From Gnetum montanum (Eukaryota > Plantae > Gnetophyta), in NCBI GenBank assembly GCA_015680685.1, contig MNCI01001539.1, positions 6,917-70,916 of the forward strand: 64,000 nt of DNA, given 5' to 3'. The translations under genes were made by a program, and so were the position numbers. Of the stretch, positions 50,095-64,000 are shown one piece after another. Position 1 is the stretch's first letter, and every line of letters begins with the position of its first letter. Below the pieces are notes generated by a model. That model did no database searches. It had not been told where the DNA came from and saw only the letters and a program-made list of their open reading frames with translations.

Positions 50095-52562
50095 CCAATG
50101 ATATTAGATACCTATTCTTGATGATGAATTTATTGAGTAACTTGAGGTTATAGCACAATCTTAACAATCCATCCTCCTTTTTAGAAAATAACATAGGATC
50201 ATCATATGAAGATTTTGAGGATTGAATCTAATCGTTCTTCATCAAGCTCTTTAATTTCTTTCTTAACTTATCCAATTTAAGAGTAGTCATACTATAAGAT
50301 CATTGCCTAGGAGGGGTAGTTCTTGTTAACAGCTTAATCTTTTGAGCAACAACATGTTGTTCTAGTAATTCCCTAGGTAAATATATTGGCATTAAATCCT
50401 TATACCTCCCTAACATGTTATGTGCCTGAATGTTCAACTACACAGAACTTCCATCTTCTATCTCCCTAAGCACATAAAGAAATATGTGCTAGGTTGGCTC
50501 TCTAACAACCCCCTTCATCACCATGGGTGAGAATATTTTGGCTTTGCTATCAATGCTAGTTGCTTCTAAAGTGGAGGTTTTTACTAGGTAAGGTGAGCTC
50601 TCATGCATAATGTAGAGGAAATCTAAGTATGGAACTTCCACCACTTGTTCCTTTTTGAACAATTCTTATCCAAGAATGACTTAGAAAAAATCAATGTCCA
50701 AGATTGAGAAGTCTAGTTTTCTACTCTATTGATCCACATTTATAGTAATTTCCTTCACCACTATAGTGCATTTAGTTGAACAAAACTTGGATAACTTGTA
50801 GGATGTCAAGGCTAGATGTACTCATAGTTTGAGAGTACAAGCCATCTTAGGTAAGAGAAAGCTATGAATGACACATGTCTTAACCAATGTATCCATCGAA
50901 TTTGTCAAAAATTGGATATAAATTATTTATACTGAATGCAAGTTGGATTCTTTGTTTGCCTACTTGCCTTCATGATTTTTCCAGATAGCTACTAAACATT
51001 AGGATATTTATTCAATCACCCCTAGAGATACAATCTCTTATCCATTGTAACTAATCTCAGACACCCAAAATCAAGCTTGGAATAATAATTAAGAGTGTTC
51101 AACCATTGATCATCATTTGGACCCCTTCAAACTAGCTATTGGTTGGGGTTTTAAGAGCAATCTCAAGTAATATGATTCCCAAAGCAAAAGAAAAACCTCA
51201 CATTTGGATTCTTAGAAGGATTATTTGGAGGTGCTCCAAAATGTGGGCACTTGTCACCAAACTAATCATATCCTTAGGAAGCTTGGTGCCTCCCATTACC
51301 TTGGTAAGATGCCTAAGAATTAGGGGGTAATGGTAAGGTACGGTCTTCGAAAGCTATGTTTGAAATTTCTACAACTAGACCTAGAAAATATACCACTAGA
51401 CATCTTTTCATGTTGAGGTATATAAATTTCATTATTTTTCTACTTTTGGGGCTTTGTATCCATTACTAAACTAGTCACCAATTCTAGTGCTTCTGTGTAG
51501 TTGGAGATTTTTTGAGTTTTAATATCCCAATGGACCTAGGATTTTAGGCCATTGAGGAATAGTTTGAACTTTGAATCCTTGTCCAACATAGGGATTTACA
51601 GAACCACTTCTTGGTATTCATAGAGATAATATTTCATCTTCCTTCTTGTTTGAAGTTCTTTTAAGTTCATCCAGGCTTTGTCAATGGAAGTGCCTAGGTA
51701 GAAGTTTTTAGTTATTTTTAGATCATCCCAAGTTTTGATTTACTTCCTAGCCATTCCTAACTTCATCTCATGAACAATGCCCAAACACTATGTCTATGCA
51801 ACACCATTTAGGAATTGAGTAGAAATGTTGATTTCCATTTTCTCTTTATAGTCATTCATTTCAAGGAAGTGCTTCATCTCAAAGATGAAGGTAACCAAAA
51901 GTTTATCATCTCAATCACCTTTATACATTTTAAGTTCTTTAACTTGGAACTTTTGGATCAACCACCATAAACTAGATGCCATTGATTTTTCTTTAATAAT
52001 CATTTGGTCTTCCAATTTTTTGTTCCTCACTTTAAGCCTTTCTCCATATGTCTCTATAAGTGATACCGGTTACAAGAGGTCATTTGTTGGAACTTGAACA
52101 TCATTGATGATGTCACCTATCCACTCAATCCAATTTTTAAGTATAAAATTTTGGACTATGAAGAGCTTGTGCTTAGCACTAGACTTTAATTTTTGAAGGC
52201 ATGGGATGTCCAATCTATCAACAAGATCCTATACCATCTTAACCCTCTCAACCATTAGCAAGTGGTTGAGAATCATGTTGTCAACTTTAAGAAGTTTTAC
52301 CCATAGTTGTTGTACCTTATCAAGGGTGTTAGAGTCCCTAATAGATACTTCTTCATCAGTGTTGATGTCCTCTTATTTAGGTGTCACATTAGATGCTTCG
52401 ACAAGCACTTGCTCATATCTATTTTCATAAGGATCAAGGCTAGTAGGAGCCTTGCCAAGGATGTGACTTCCCTTGCTCCGTTTCTTGTGCACCATGACTT
52501 ACTAGCAATGAACTAGGGACTACCACCAAATTTGCACAACAAACCTTCACTCTGATACTAAG

Positions 52563-53073
52563 TGTAATGGTGCTACCCTTGAAAACACAATTTGACACCA
52601 CCCAAAATTCCTAACAATAGCCATGTAAGAGGGTAGACTCAAGGTGGATTACACCTTAATGCATAGCACCTTGTTTTACAACATAGCACATAACTTGTTA
52701 GGTAATTGTTAGACATGTTAGTACCATCATAAGAATTAATTACATAATCAAACCAACAAGGTGTATGTGCAAACACACACAACAAGCACAAATCACATCA
52801 CAACAACTTCCCTAAAATAACTATGATACATTCCTATGCTAATGCATCTATCCCTAAGCCCAACTCCAAATAGAGGATTGTGGCTTGAGCATTGAAGCCA
52901 AATCTCCTTCACAAGCCTACATATACTTGTGACAATCTTCACAAGGAATTAAGGCCCATGTAGTTCTAAATAATGGCTAAGGTATCATGGAATCCAAAGG
53001 ATCTCCATAATCCTCTAGCCCTATTTTGAAGAGAAATAACCTTTGATCTACCAATAAGGCATGTTTTCCTATA
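52563..53073 (-). repeat. 5' LTR of chromovirus
   Basis: TGTAATGG...CCTATA on +, PBS adjacent, TSD ATAAC at 53074-53078. Confidence 0.9.
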
Positions 53074-53689
53074 ATAACATTCTAGAAGTTACGAATAGTG
53101 ATATTCTTAGTTACAAATACTACATCCTCCTTGAAATGATCTTGAGGCAATGACATTGTGTTATAATGACAATAAAATGCAACAAAAAAGTTCAATTCAA
53201 TTCATCAGAGTGATGCCTTAAAAGCATAGTGGACCCATAACCCATAAATCCAAACTCAAAACTTTTCTTTAATATAATATATATTTTAGCCAATATCATT
53301 ATTTTTGGGACAAGGCCATGATGATGATTATGGTATCATAATAGGTGAGAGAGATTACCACTTAATATGGAATCCAAGGAAAAGAAATGAAGAACAACAC
53401 ATGAAGAAGTAAAAATTATTATTATAACTCATGAATTAAAAAATTCAAACTTGAAATCTAAAATTCTAAGGTATATGGAGCCTATAATTGAAGCCTAAAA
53501 TTTCAAGATAGTTTGGGATTGATGGTAGGTAAGAAATAAAATAGCCTTGAAAGTTATGAGATCATTTAGAAGAGTCACATGATAACTTAAAAGCATCATA
53601 CAATGATGCATTATGAAAGCTTGAGCTAAGAATACTTGGAAAATTGCATTAATGTATAGTGACAATGTGGAAGTATGAGATAAGAAGCA

Positions 53690-53910
53690 TAAAAAAATGG
53701 CATTAAAGTGCAATGAAGAAATTTTGTATACAAGTAAAGACTAAAATTATTCATTTGTTCATGAGAATGAAAATGGAATTAAAGATTAGTGTAGAAGAGT
53801 TTTTGTATAGGAAAAGACTAAAATTATTTATTTTTTCATGAGAATGAAAAATGAAATTAAATTGTAACAAATAATAGGCAAAGAGAAATTATTCATTTGT
53901 TCAATGAAAA
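53690..53910. repeat. Degenerate tandem repeat, about 75 bp, 2-3 copies
   Basis: AAAGACTAAAATTATT...TTCATGAGAATGAAAA repeated. Confidence 0.7.
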
Positions 53911-56900
53911 TTTATAGATGTTTCATAGTAATTACACCAACCTGTATCAATCACCATGAATTATAAGTAGTTTAGCATTCCAATAATTCCAATAATTTCA
54001 AAAGATCCCATGAAGAAATGAATTCATGAGTGGGACAAATGAAATATGAAATGATGTTGATCTTTTCAAAATAAACCATCAACATGAGTGAACAAGTTTT
54101 CTTTGTCATCCACATTTCTGATTTAGCTACTCATGAATTCTACAATAGAGAATAAAAATAATGCTTGAAAAGAAGTGTTAGAATATAATTATAAAGCATG
54201 TGTACAAACATTAGTTTTTCATTAACAACATATGAAAATATGAAAAATTATGTAAGCAATGATGGACATCAAAGATAATTATATAATATTGTAGTGGGAA
54301 ACATGGTGTCAAGATGAGTAGGAAGGTAAGGAAAACTATGACTATTTAATAGCAATAGTGTGTAGTAAGGATTAACAATGATTAAATTATGGGTTGACAT
54401 TTTGCATCAATGTAGGATATGTAAGATTGACTGTAGTCATGTTAGAAAAAAGACTATAGGCTAGTGGAAAGTTAGCTCTCAGTGGAACAATGACTATGGG
54501 ATTAGCTAGAGTAGGAGTTATAGGTTTTATAGTTTAGGATATGAAAAATGAATTGGTAGAATTAATGAGATTCACATGCAATAAAGAAGGAATTTAAGGT
54601 AGTATGACATTTTGATAAAAAGGATCTAAAGAATAAAAAATATGAGAATATCCTATTTACCATTATCATGAATGCTAATGTTATAATCTCCCTTGATATG
54701 TTGATATTGAAACTAATAAGTTTTACTTACATTGACATTGGGATGGATCACTAGGTATTCAACATGTTTTGCTTCTGGTGAACTTTAGCACTAGTTATTA
54801 TTTGAATTTCATCTCATATGGTTAAGTACTCTACTAACATAGCCTTCTCAAACAAATATAACACAATGAAATGATTTGGGTTAGGAAGAAAAGGTTTTAA
54901 GCCATGGATTATCTTGTATATGGCCGTACTCCTTAGCTCATTTTTAGAAATAGCTATGTCCAATTCTCATTTTGTGCATGTGATCTTGTAGTCATGTTGA
55001 GCCATGGATGCCATGAGAACATGTGTCTTTCATAGCTTCATTAGTTTACAAATTTAGAAGTTATGAGGGAAGTTGAATCCTTCACTAGACATGATATAAA
55101 TGAGTGTCTCCTATGCATACTTTATAAATAAAGATTAAGTGAAAATAAGAAAATAAAACTAAGTGTTAAAAATGTAAAAAATCCTAAGTGCTAAACATGA
55201 CTTATAGGATACTTAGGCAATGGGTTCATAACACTAGATAACCTATTAGATCTTCTTCTAGCACAAAAATTGTTCCTAGAAAATGTTTCTCTCATAACCT
55301 TGTAGAAACACCTCTATAAATTAGATGCTAAGTATCTACCTTGTAGCCATAAATAGTATTCAAATCAATATAATCCTTGATGTATCAATAATTATGAAAG
55401 GAAGGAATATGAATCTCAAGTTAAATATGGAATTGGCCTAACATCTATGAACTAATAATGGTAGGAGAAACAATGGAAAAGAATAACTCTAGATAGTGAT
55501 AAAAATAAAACTAAAGTATAGAAATGAAGTATGAATGATGTAAAATAAAATCTAAGTATTAGGAAGTAAAAAGAAAAGTATAAAAATGATGAGAAATGGA
55601 AAAAATAATAAAAATGATGAGAAATGGAAAAAATAATATATGGAAAGGAATTTGGAATTTCCTTCCCAGTGATCAAATTTTCTTTATTGATAAAATTTAA
55701 AGATTATCTCCTATGAATAGCTAAAACTATCAAGGGTGCTGAAAAATGTATAAGAGATAAAACTGATAATAGAGGCTCAATTTATGCATTATGTATGAAT
55801 TTTGATGATAAACTATGATCTTTAAAAGATGAATATATAAGTGGAAAAGTTGTAGACATAATCTAAAACTAATTTAGAGCCAAAACAAGGTTGTTTTGGC
55901 TAATTGTATAGCAAGTTACACTGATGCTAACAATTCATAACTTTGAAATAGTGACACTTAGGCTATCTAAGTAACACTAACACTACCTTTAGCATTAGCA
56001 TGTGAAAGAGTGCTATAATTGAGAGAAGGATGGTGATGATGATGTTAATATTGATGTTGTTATCAGCATCAGTGTCATCATCCAAAGTTTGAAAAAATTT
56101 GTTCCCTTGGTCCCTAGAAAAACTTGTAAAAAATTCAAAATTTTATGAATGGCATTCTTATACTAATGTACATGAGTCATTTGAGACCCTAAAAAGTTCA
56201 AATTATGATCTTAAATTCATTTTGCTAATGGTGATGTAGAGATGGTGCTCTAAGGATGATGTTGACACTCATGCCATCATCAATATTAGCATTACCTATA
56301 GAACTTAGAAATTTTTTCATCTTTCAAATTTTTTAGGATTACCAAAATTAATGTTCATATGCTAGGTTATTAGTAGGAATAGTCTTTAGAGGACTTTAGG
56401 AGCTAAAAATGTTTCACATGTTGTTTTTTATGAGTTTTTAATGTTTAAACTTAGATTTAACAATGCCTAAACCACACTTATCCTACTTAATGTTAAGCTA
56501 AAAAGGTAGGTATAATAGATATTCCATGTATTTCTTATAGATTGTGTTGAACATTAGAGATACTAATCAATTTTTATGTAATAGATTGAGGTTCATTAAA
56601 CATTATTTTTGGGTGAATTCATGTTTATTTATAAGAAGAAAATAGTGGTTAGGGTATGTATATTAATTTTAATTAACAATATAGGTAGTTTTCCTTACAC
56701 TAATTCATATAGAGAGTACACTATAGAATGTTTCTATGTGGATCTACAGGCTTAAGGAGCATCATTAAGTTTAGTGCTCCAATCCTTCCTATATCTATTA
56801 ATAGTTTTAGTTAATATCAATGTTATTTCTATGCTAGTTACTTTAGCTTGTCCATTTAATTAATCCCAAGATGTTGCATTATTTCTTGAATGTAGCTCTA

Positions 56901-56949
56901 GTGAAATGTGTTTTAATAACTAAAATTAGCATTTGTGGTACTCCAAATC

Positions 56950-58351
56950 TATTCATCACTTATTACTAAAAAAACTTAGCCATTGTTGTTGATGTGTAAT
57001 TTTGAACTACAATAAAATTTATTTATTTTATATAATAATTGATGAAAACAATTATGTGTGACTTTCAATTCAACATTAGCATGATGGACCTATGAAATTA
57101 ATTTCCTAGATGACAAATCATTTTAATGGTTGTGTTCATTATTGTAGCTCCTCATAGTTAGCTATCATTCCTTCATTTATCTATCATCTTTTAGAAGACT
57201 ATGTAACTAGATTTGCATCCCTAAATATGATGAGTCAAAAGTATCCAACCATAAGACGTTTTATGGTCATTCTTCTTTCTACATAACTGCTACCACATGG
57301 TCCTTTGTAGCCATCTAGTAACACTCTCTTCTTTTCTTCTAGAGCACATCATCTAATCAATCCATTGACATAAATTTTATAAAAAGTATCTTGAATTTCA
57401 ATGAATTGGTTTACTTGAGGGAGAATCTATTTCTTTTTCTTTCTATCTTTTTCAATAGGAATTTTTTGTATCATTAGATAAGCCATATAATCTATTAGCT
57501 AGGACTTTGTTTTTGAATCTATAAGTGTTACTAATGTTATAAATAGTAACTTACTTAGAAATTAATATGAAAATAATTCTTCACTATCTTTTAGTTTCCA
57601 CCTTAATCTTGAGAAATGTTTGGCAAACATATTTTCTATTTCTTTTTGGTCTATCATGATGATGTCAAAGTCTTGCAAAATTATAAGTCATCTTATTATT
57701 CTTGGGCTTACCACTAGTTTGTTCATGAAAACGCTAAATGTCCTTTGATAAGTGTGGATGCAAATGAGGTAAATAAGCACATAGTGCTGAAACGTTTCTA
57801 GCATATACATCATAGTCATCAATTCTTTTTTGTAGTGGTGTAGTTAAGTTATGTCATTTTTATGCTACATATCATATAGTAAATATAATAAGATCCTTTC
57901 TAATCATCTAACTATGTGAATATTACTCATAACGCATAGTTTAAAACATCCATCATAATGTAAAAGGGTCTAGAGTAGTCTAGAGTCCTTAAAATTCAAG
58001 TCTCATCTAATCTTTGTTTTAGACTCTCAAATATCTTCTCACTCTCTTCTAACCAAACAAATCACATCTTTCATTGTTAACTCTATCAATGATTTTGCTA
58101 CCTTTGAGAAATTCTCTCTAAATTTCTTATAATACCCAATACATGCCAAGAAAGATCTAACATCTTTAATAATTTTTGGTCTCTAGGGAATACCTTAGAT
58201 TACTCAAATTTTATTTAAATCCACCTTAATTCTTATTTTTTTTAAATCTTGTTTCCTAGAACAATTTTATCTTAGATCATTTAAAAACTTTTCTACCAAT
58301 GAAGATTCAAATTAGTCTTAACAGATCTCTTTAGCACTTGGTCTAAGTGGT
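56950..58351 (-). pseudogene. Highly decayed Athila-like pol fragment (RT end, RNase H, integrase start)
   Basis: NHLDQVLKRSVKTNLNLHW*KSF*MI*DKIVLGNKI, KDVRSFLACIGYYKKFRENFSKVAKS and KGPCGSSY..MVGYF. Colinear with about 44200-45200. Confidence 0.8.
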
Positions 58352-61210
58352 TGATAAAGTTAATTTTTGATCAATGCGATATTGCAACAACAATATCATA
58401 TCAATGACGTCATTAATAAAATATCGTAGCACATACTACATCATCATTGATACGATGTCTCAAGATGTGTGCAACCCTATAAATATGACACTTGGATGCA
58501 CAGTTTGCATAACTTTCATTACAATTATAACAAAACTCTTTTAGTTTTATTTTATAAACATAGACTTAGCAATAGAAAAGATGCCTAGAGTGTGATGTGT
58601 TACAGTTGAATGGTATCTTTATTTGAGCAAGTTGTACTTGGGCACAAGTTATGAATCGAAACAGAGATTGAAACTAGTTTCCATCATTGCAAAATTCCCT
58701 TAGTTTCTTATGTTTACTTAGCATAATGTTTACTATTTTATTAGGATAATACATTTACTTTCTCAAGCACTTTATTTTTACTTGCTAATAGTAAGCAAAA
58801 TGGATACGATTGATTTCAAGAATTAAGTATGATTGTTTTGTAATCCCATTAGTATTACAACTTAGTTTGCCTAGTAGCATGATACATGGTAATCCTAGAA
58901 ATGATTACATGAGTCCAAGATGTGTACAGAAAATTAGGAATGGTTACACATCATGATAGGCTAAATCAGGTTAATGCTTTCTTAGTTAGCTAGACTTAGA
59001 TATTTCTCACTATGATTATGATTAGAAGTAAATTGGGCCAATCAACATCACTTATCATATGCCTTACTACCAGCTAAACTATACACTTAGACTTCACTAA
59101 ATTTGAGTGGGAAGATAGTAATCATGAGCTTAACTCAATTACTAAGCATAACTACATTGAGCATTTATGGATTGCAATTAGGTCACATGTGAACACTTGT
59201 GACTTGTATGATTGGGTGTTAGATTGCTTCATCATTCATCATGGGCACCATTGTTAGGGATGTGTGAATGTGTGCTAAGTAATTGATTTCATAAAGTTTG
59301 TTGTATTCAAAATTAAATAGCTAAATCTCATAATCTTAATAACACATAATTAAACAAGCATCATATTTACAACATGATTTTAACTAAGGACAAATCATCA
59401 CCTACCAAAGAACTAAAATGGGACAATGATAGAACTAGTGACAAAGAAGACTGGGGTATGCCGATGCAAAAAAGAATCTCATATGCTCATAATGATCTTT
59501 ACTATCCATATTTTACTTTCATCATTCACCAAGATAGGAAAATGAGGTGGAGAGAAATACAAGATAGCATAGTTCTACCTTGAGAGTGTGCAGCACTTAG
59601 CATGCTTCAAACTACCTTAACAAGGATGAATCTACATCATATACAGGAAGGATAATATGTGATCAAGCACATGAGAAGATCCTACCAACCCACAGAGGCA
59701 CAAGTAAAGAGAGATGTTGATACGGAAGTTAAACATGTACATAACAAGGGAAAGTAGGTTAACTCTTTATTTTTATTAGAACAACTCAACAATGATGCAT
59801 TTATCACTAAGAAAATCATGAGGTCCATGCCCAAAAACCTATCATTCAACTTAAGTAACCTGTGAAAGTGTAGTTACACTCAATCTTAGTAGAGACACAT
59901 AAATGAAAAGCAACAGACTCCAAGCATAAGCAGAACTTAAGGCCAAGAGCTTCTACTAAGTTCCAAAAGGAAGAATATCAAAGTCACAAATGAAGGACTA
60001 GTTGGCATCACACTCCTACTACTTCATCGTCATCCTCACGATCATCGGTGAACTCTAACAAGAGAAGAGAAAGATATCAAGATCATGATAGAGAAGAACA
60101 AAGAACTCATGATCATTATGACCATCACTCAAGGCATTCTAACATAAAATATGAATATTATGAACCAAGAAGACATGGGGATAAACATGAGGATAGAGAA
60201 AGATATGAACACCAAGGGGACACCAATACAATAGAGCTAACAAACTTGATCACCATGAAGGATCCCTATTGGAAACTTGTAGCATGATCAATATCTAGGA
60301 AGCTATCTATATAACAACTAGGCATGTAAGGGATAGTCACATAAAGTAACTAGACATGAATAACATGCCCAAATTTAAGGGTTGTTACAATGCTAATCTA
60401 CAACACCACTTTCAAGAATTGCATGATGTTTGCATCCTACAAAACATAGAAAGTGACTAGTAGAAATTAAAGTTGTTCCTAATCATACTTGCAAAAGAAG
60501 CTAAAAGCTAGTACAAAACACTAGAACCAGAATCAATAAGGAGATGGAGTACCATGCTCAAACATTTTAATGATAAATATTAAACTTATTCCCAAGTGTT
60601 TAATCTTTGAAAATAGATTCAAGGATGGTGTAAGGGATCCATGAATTCCTTGATGTGGCAATGGGCTGATCCTATTCATTATTGCATAAGTGTCTAGGCC
60701 ATGGATTTTCTCAATAGAAGCAACTAAGGCACATTGTTGATGGGCTGAGAAACAAGACCAGAGAGACTCTTGGGATTTATGCGCAAGGCCGGTTATCATA
60801 AATGTCTACCCATTAGATCCAAAGATTGATTGATCAAGTGGCAAAGGAAAAAGGAAAACTTAAGAAAAGAGAATCAATAGAAGAATACAATAGAGATCCA
60901 TCCATCTGTAAAAGGGACATAAGAGTATGTGATCCACAAGAAGAGAAAACCTAGAATCTAGAAGAAGACACGGGCTATATAGAAATCTATTATTGATATA
61001 GTAGCTAAAGTAGAAAAGATGTGGGATTCAATAGATGAAACATTCAAAAGAAATTTAAAAATTATGGAGAAGAGAAGTAAAAAAGCCATTAACAAATGCA
61101 AGGATAAAAAGAAGAAAAGATATTTTGGACAAAAAGGAAAATTAGCTTCAGTTACCAAATGTTTAGAAATGAGCTCTAAGGATGAGGAATGATGTGTAGT
61201 GTGCCAATAT
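58352..61210 (+). mobile_element. Athila-like element J: 5' LTR 58352-59241, PBS, decayed gag, cut at 61211
   Basis: LTR ends CATTCATCA followed by TGGGCACCATTGTTAGGGATG (decayed tRNA-Asp PBS). Gag HDVCILQNIESD**KLKLFLIILAKEAKS*YKTLEPESIRRW. Stops inside the knuckle (CVVCQY). Confidence 0.85.
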
Positions 61211-64000
61211 TGTAGCAACTAAAAAATTCAATCATTAGAAAAATAGAAGATCTCAAATGCAATAGCCTTAACCTAGAATCCCTAGGGCCTTGGCAAGAAA
61301 AAATGGGATTCAGGGTACCCTAGATGATCTAGTAGATCACCCAGGGACTTAGGAGGATGCGAAATAGGGATTATAAAAAATGTAAAAATTGCATATCTTA
61401 AAATAAAAAATGAATATAAATTGTACATAAAATAAAATATAAAATTTATTAATTAAATAAAAACTAAGTTTAGAGGTATGTACAAAATTTCCTATGGGAG
61501 AGTAAAGGGGGGTTCACATGGGTGGGGTTTCCAAGAGCATTGAAGAAGATAGGATCTACTCCATAATCCGGATGCTCAGCCACTCCCAATGTTTTGGAAC
61601 CATGTCTACTACAAATAAAAATCTACAATGTTGGTCACTGCTAGGGCTGGGAAATTGGAAGAACTAGGATGGCTAAAATGCTCCACACTAAGATTTAGGG
61701 ATCCCAATAGGGCAACATTGACACTCCAAGGTCACAAAATCCAAGGGGGTAATAGGGGTAACAGGGGTAATAGGGCTAGGATAGTTCTACACTGGTAGGC
61801 ACTAGGAAGCTACATTTCTACTATGAAGCAAGAGCACTTGAATGCCAAATGCTCAAATGCAACAAGTGTGTGCAACTACCAAGAGTGTGGAATCTTAAAT
61901 TGATGTGAGGATTTTGTTTTTATAGGGTTTTGGCCATGATTGGGGCTACAAATTGGCTAGAAATGGCTAACAAATTAGCTGCAAATTACTGCCATGTTCA
62001 AGGGGATACGTGAGATCCATCCCCATGCATCCATACTGGCATCCATGTAGGTTGACCCCTCTACATTGGTTGACCCCTCTATGCTAGCTTCAACCTTCTA
62101 CGTTGGCTTCAACATTACATGATGGTTTCAACCTTTCTACGCTAGCTTCAATCTTGCACATTGAATTGCCTAGTTAATATTGAAGTTTATGAAATGTTGA
62201 AATCTAGTTCCTATTACATCCACATCAGAGAGGAGAGTGTCAACGTTTGGAGGAGGGAATGAAGGTCAAACCCCTCAAGGCTATGTTACCCCTCCTTTCT
62301 ACATTGAGGGTAGGTGAGAAATACCCCCCCTATAATCCTCCACATTGGGTTACCCCCATGCTTAGGTTTTGCCCATGTAGAAAAGTATGTACCCCTACAA
62401 AACCCATCAAATTACCATTTTTGGCATCCCAAAAGATATTTTTGACTTCCTTAAGCTAAAATATAGATACTAGACTTTTTTCACTTTAAGAATGAGGCTT
62501 TGACCACTTATGAGCTATGTTTCAGCCCCAAAAGTATGAAATATGTGAGATTGCCTCTCATGGATTACAATCGTCACATTTATAATGAAGTTCTACCTTG
62601 GCTTTCATGGGATGGGGTTATAAAGGATATAACATGAAAATTTGGTGGTGCTTCATTGATCCCTATTTGTTGGTGTTTGGAGGATTGACCCGAGAGGCAT
62701 CAACAAAGAATAAAAAACATCACTATAGATCCACTACCAATGTTCCCTCTCTGTGCTTGCTTTAGTTGTGTCAAATCATACCAAAGAGTACTTGTGATGA
62801 TGATTTAAGGCTATGATGAACTGGTGGTAATGGTCATTAGGAAGATGGTTAAGGAAGCTACCAATGCATTCCAAGTGTTGTCATCATGGCTATAGTGTGA
62901 CATTAACATGTTTTAAAGTGTTGGTCACTCAGTGAATGCATTTGAGGATCCAATCACTTCACTCTAAGGTTGCTTTGGCCATTGGGCTTTGAAGCTTCAT
63001 TGGCCATTCAACTACTTGGCAATTTGTTTTCCTATTTTTTTCATGGGGTGAAACCTTCATTGGATTTCATTTCCTAGGTTGGTTTGATATGGTTTTCATA
63101 TTAAGTGAGTTGCATTACACTCAATGGACTTAATTTTCCCATCAAAATGATATGTGTTACTCTAGATGGACTTAATGGTTTTCTCATCGAATAAGATGTG
63201 TTATGTTTAGTGGACTTAGTGATTTTCCACTGAATGAAGTGTGTTACATTCAAGTGGACTTGAGGGTGAAGCATGGTAGAGAGATATCATATGTTTATAG
63301 TGCATGAGTGGCAAACATAGGTAAACATTATTTTCCAAGTTATGAAAGGCTATCATCAGGCTATGGGATTGGGCTCAAGAAGTGGTGCTAGAGGGAGGGC
63401 AAGGGTACATGCACTATTGACATAGTAGACAAGCTCACCAAATATTACACATCAAGGTCACGTGGTGATTTGTTGTTGTAATGAATTTCACCCTTGCGAT
63501 GGCTCCAAGCTTCATCCTACAAATACAAATCCAAGAGGATAAGAAAACCAAGCAAATAAAGCATGTTATAGCATTACAATGCATACAAACCACATAGAGA
63601 ATAAAACCAAGCTACTCAGGTCACCACTGCTATCAATTTAATGTCATTACAAAACATGGTACCAATTTAAGGCCTTGGTAGGCGATGATGCTAGTCTAAG
63701 GCCTTAGCAAACCATATTGTCAGTTTAAGGCCTTAGTAAGTTATGGTGCTAGTTTAAGACCTTGGTAGGCTATATTTCCAATTTAAGGTCCATCAAGCCA
63801 TAGTGAAGTAGGCTCACTTATGTATGGTCATCAATGTCATGGCTGCTACAAGCCACATGTCAACCACATGCAATAAGGCTTTAGATAGGAGTGACTAATC
63901 AGGTTGGGTAACTAATTTCCATCAATGTTTGCAATCCTGAATACTCTATTACCATAGGCACTAGTGATAAGAAAGGGCCCTTCCTAGTTGGTTGAGAATT
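61211..64000. mobile_element. Probable long LTR of another retrotransposon, running off the right edge
   Basis: Abrupt switch at TGTAGCAAC; non-coding; internal tandem arrays at about 62040-62160, 63110-63265 (about 47-49 bp) and 63660-63800 (about 29 bp). Confidence 0.5.

Larger units (their letters stand above)
36816..53073 (-). mobile_element. Galadriel-like chromovirus (Ty3/gypsy), full length but decayed, interrupted by an Athila-like insertion
   Basis: LTRs 36816-37308 and 52563-53073, TSD ATAAC, PBS TAGTATCAGAGT (iMet, 52549-52560). Gag FQVKELKMYKGD*DDKLLVTFIFEMKHF, knuckle FFCFGNHIT*DC, protease about 50600-50950. RT IKNRYLISL|VSDLFN*LAGA*AFSQIDL..VVYLDDIL, RNase H EVHIDAS, integrase, and chromodomain at about 37970-38130. 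Confidence 0.9.

Noticed and set aside
53079-56900. Possible NB-ARC/LRR continuation of the TIR gene or other genes
   Set aside because: No P-loop, kinase-2 or other recognisable motif seen. AT-rich decayed repeat-like DNA, left unassigned.
63110-63800. Regularly spaced short repeats resembling a CRISPR array
   Set aside because: Degenerate tandem units without unique spacers, eukaryotic context and no cas genes. They are LTR minisatellites.

Overview
AT-rich, CpG-depleted plant nuclear DNA made mostly of nested, decayed LTR retrotransposons. A TIR fragment starting INHRGxDTK suggests a gymnosperm or other non-flowering plant, which is an inference. No intact host gene is visible. Resolved elements: a Galadriel-like chromovirus (36816-53073, TSD ATAAC) with an Athila-like element (40473-50094, TSD CCAAT) inserted in its RT; a Tat-like deletion derivative (23143-32093, tRNA-Asn PBS); several partial Athila-like copies, two apparently gag-only; an iMet-primed element with a zinc knuckle; a solo LTR; and an RTE-clade LINE RT fragment. 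Two host pseudogenes (F-box/LRR-like and TIR) were head-to-head before the Tat insertion. The most novel-looking signals are a conserved unnamed domain upstream of Athila gag, a possible Cys-rich antisense ORF in the Athila 3' region, pol-less Athila copies, a still-open protease-aRH fusion ORF, and an LTR/PBS fold-back. All alignments and translations were done by eye.
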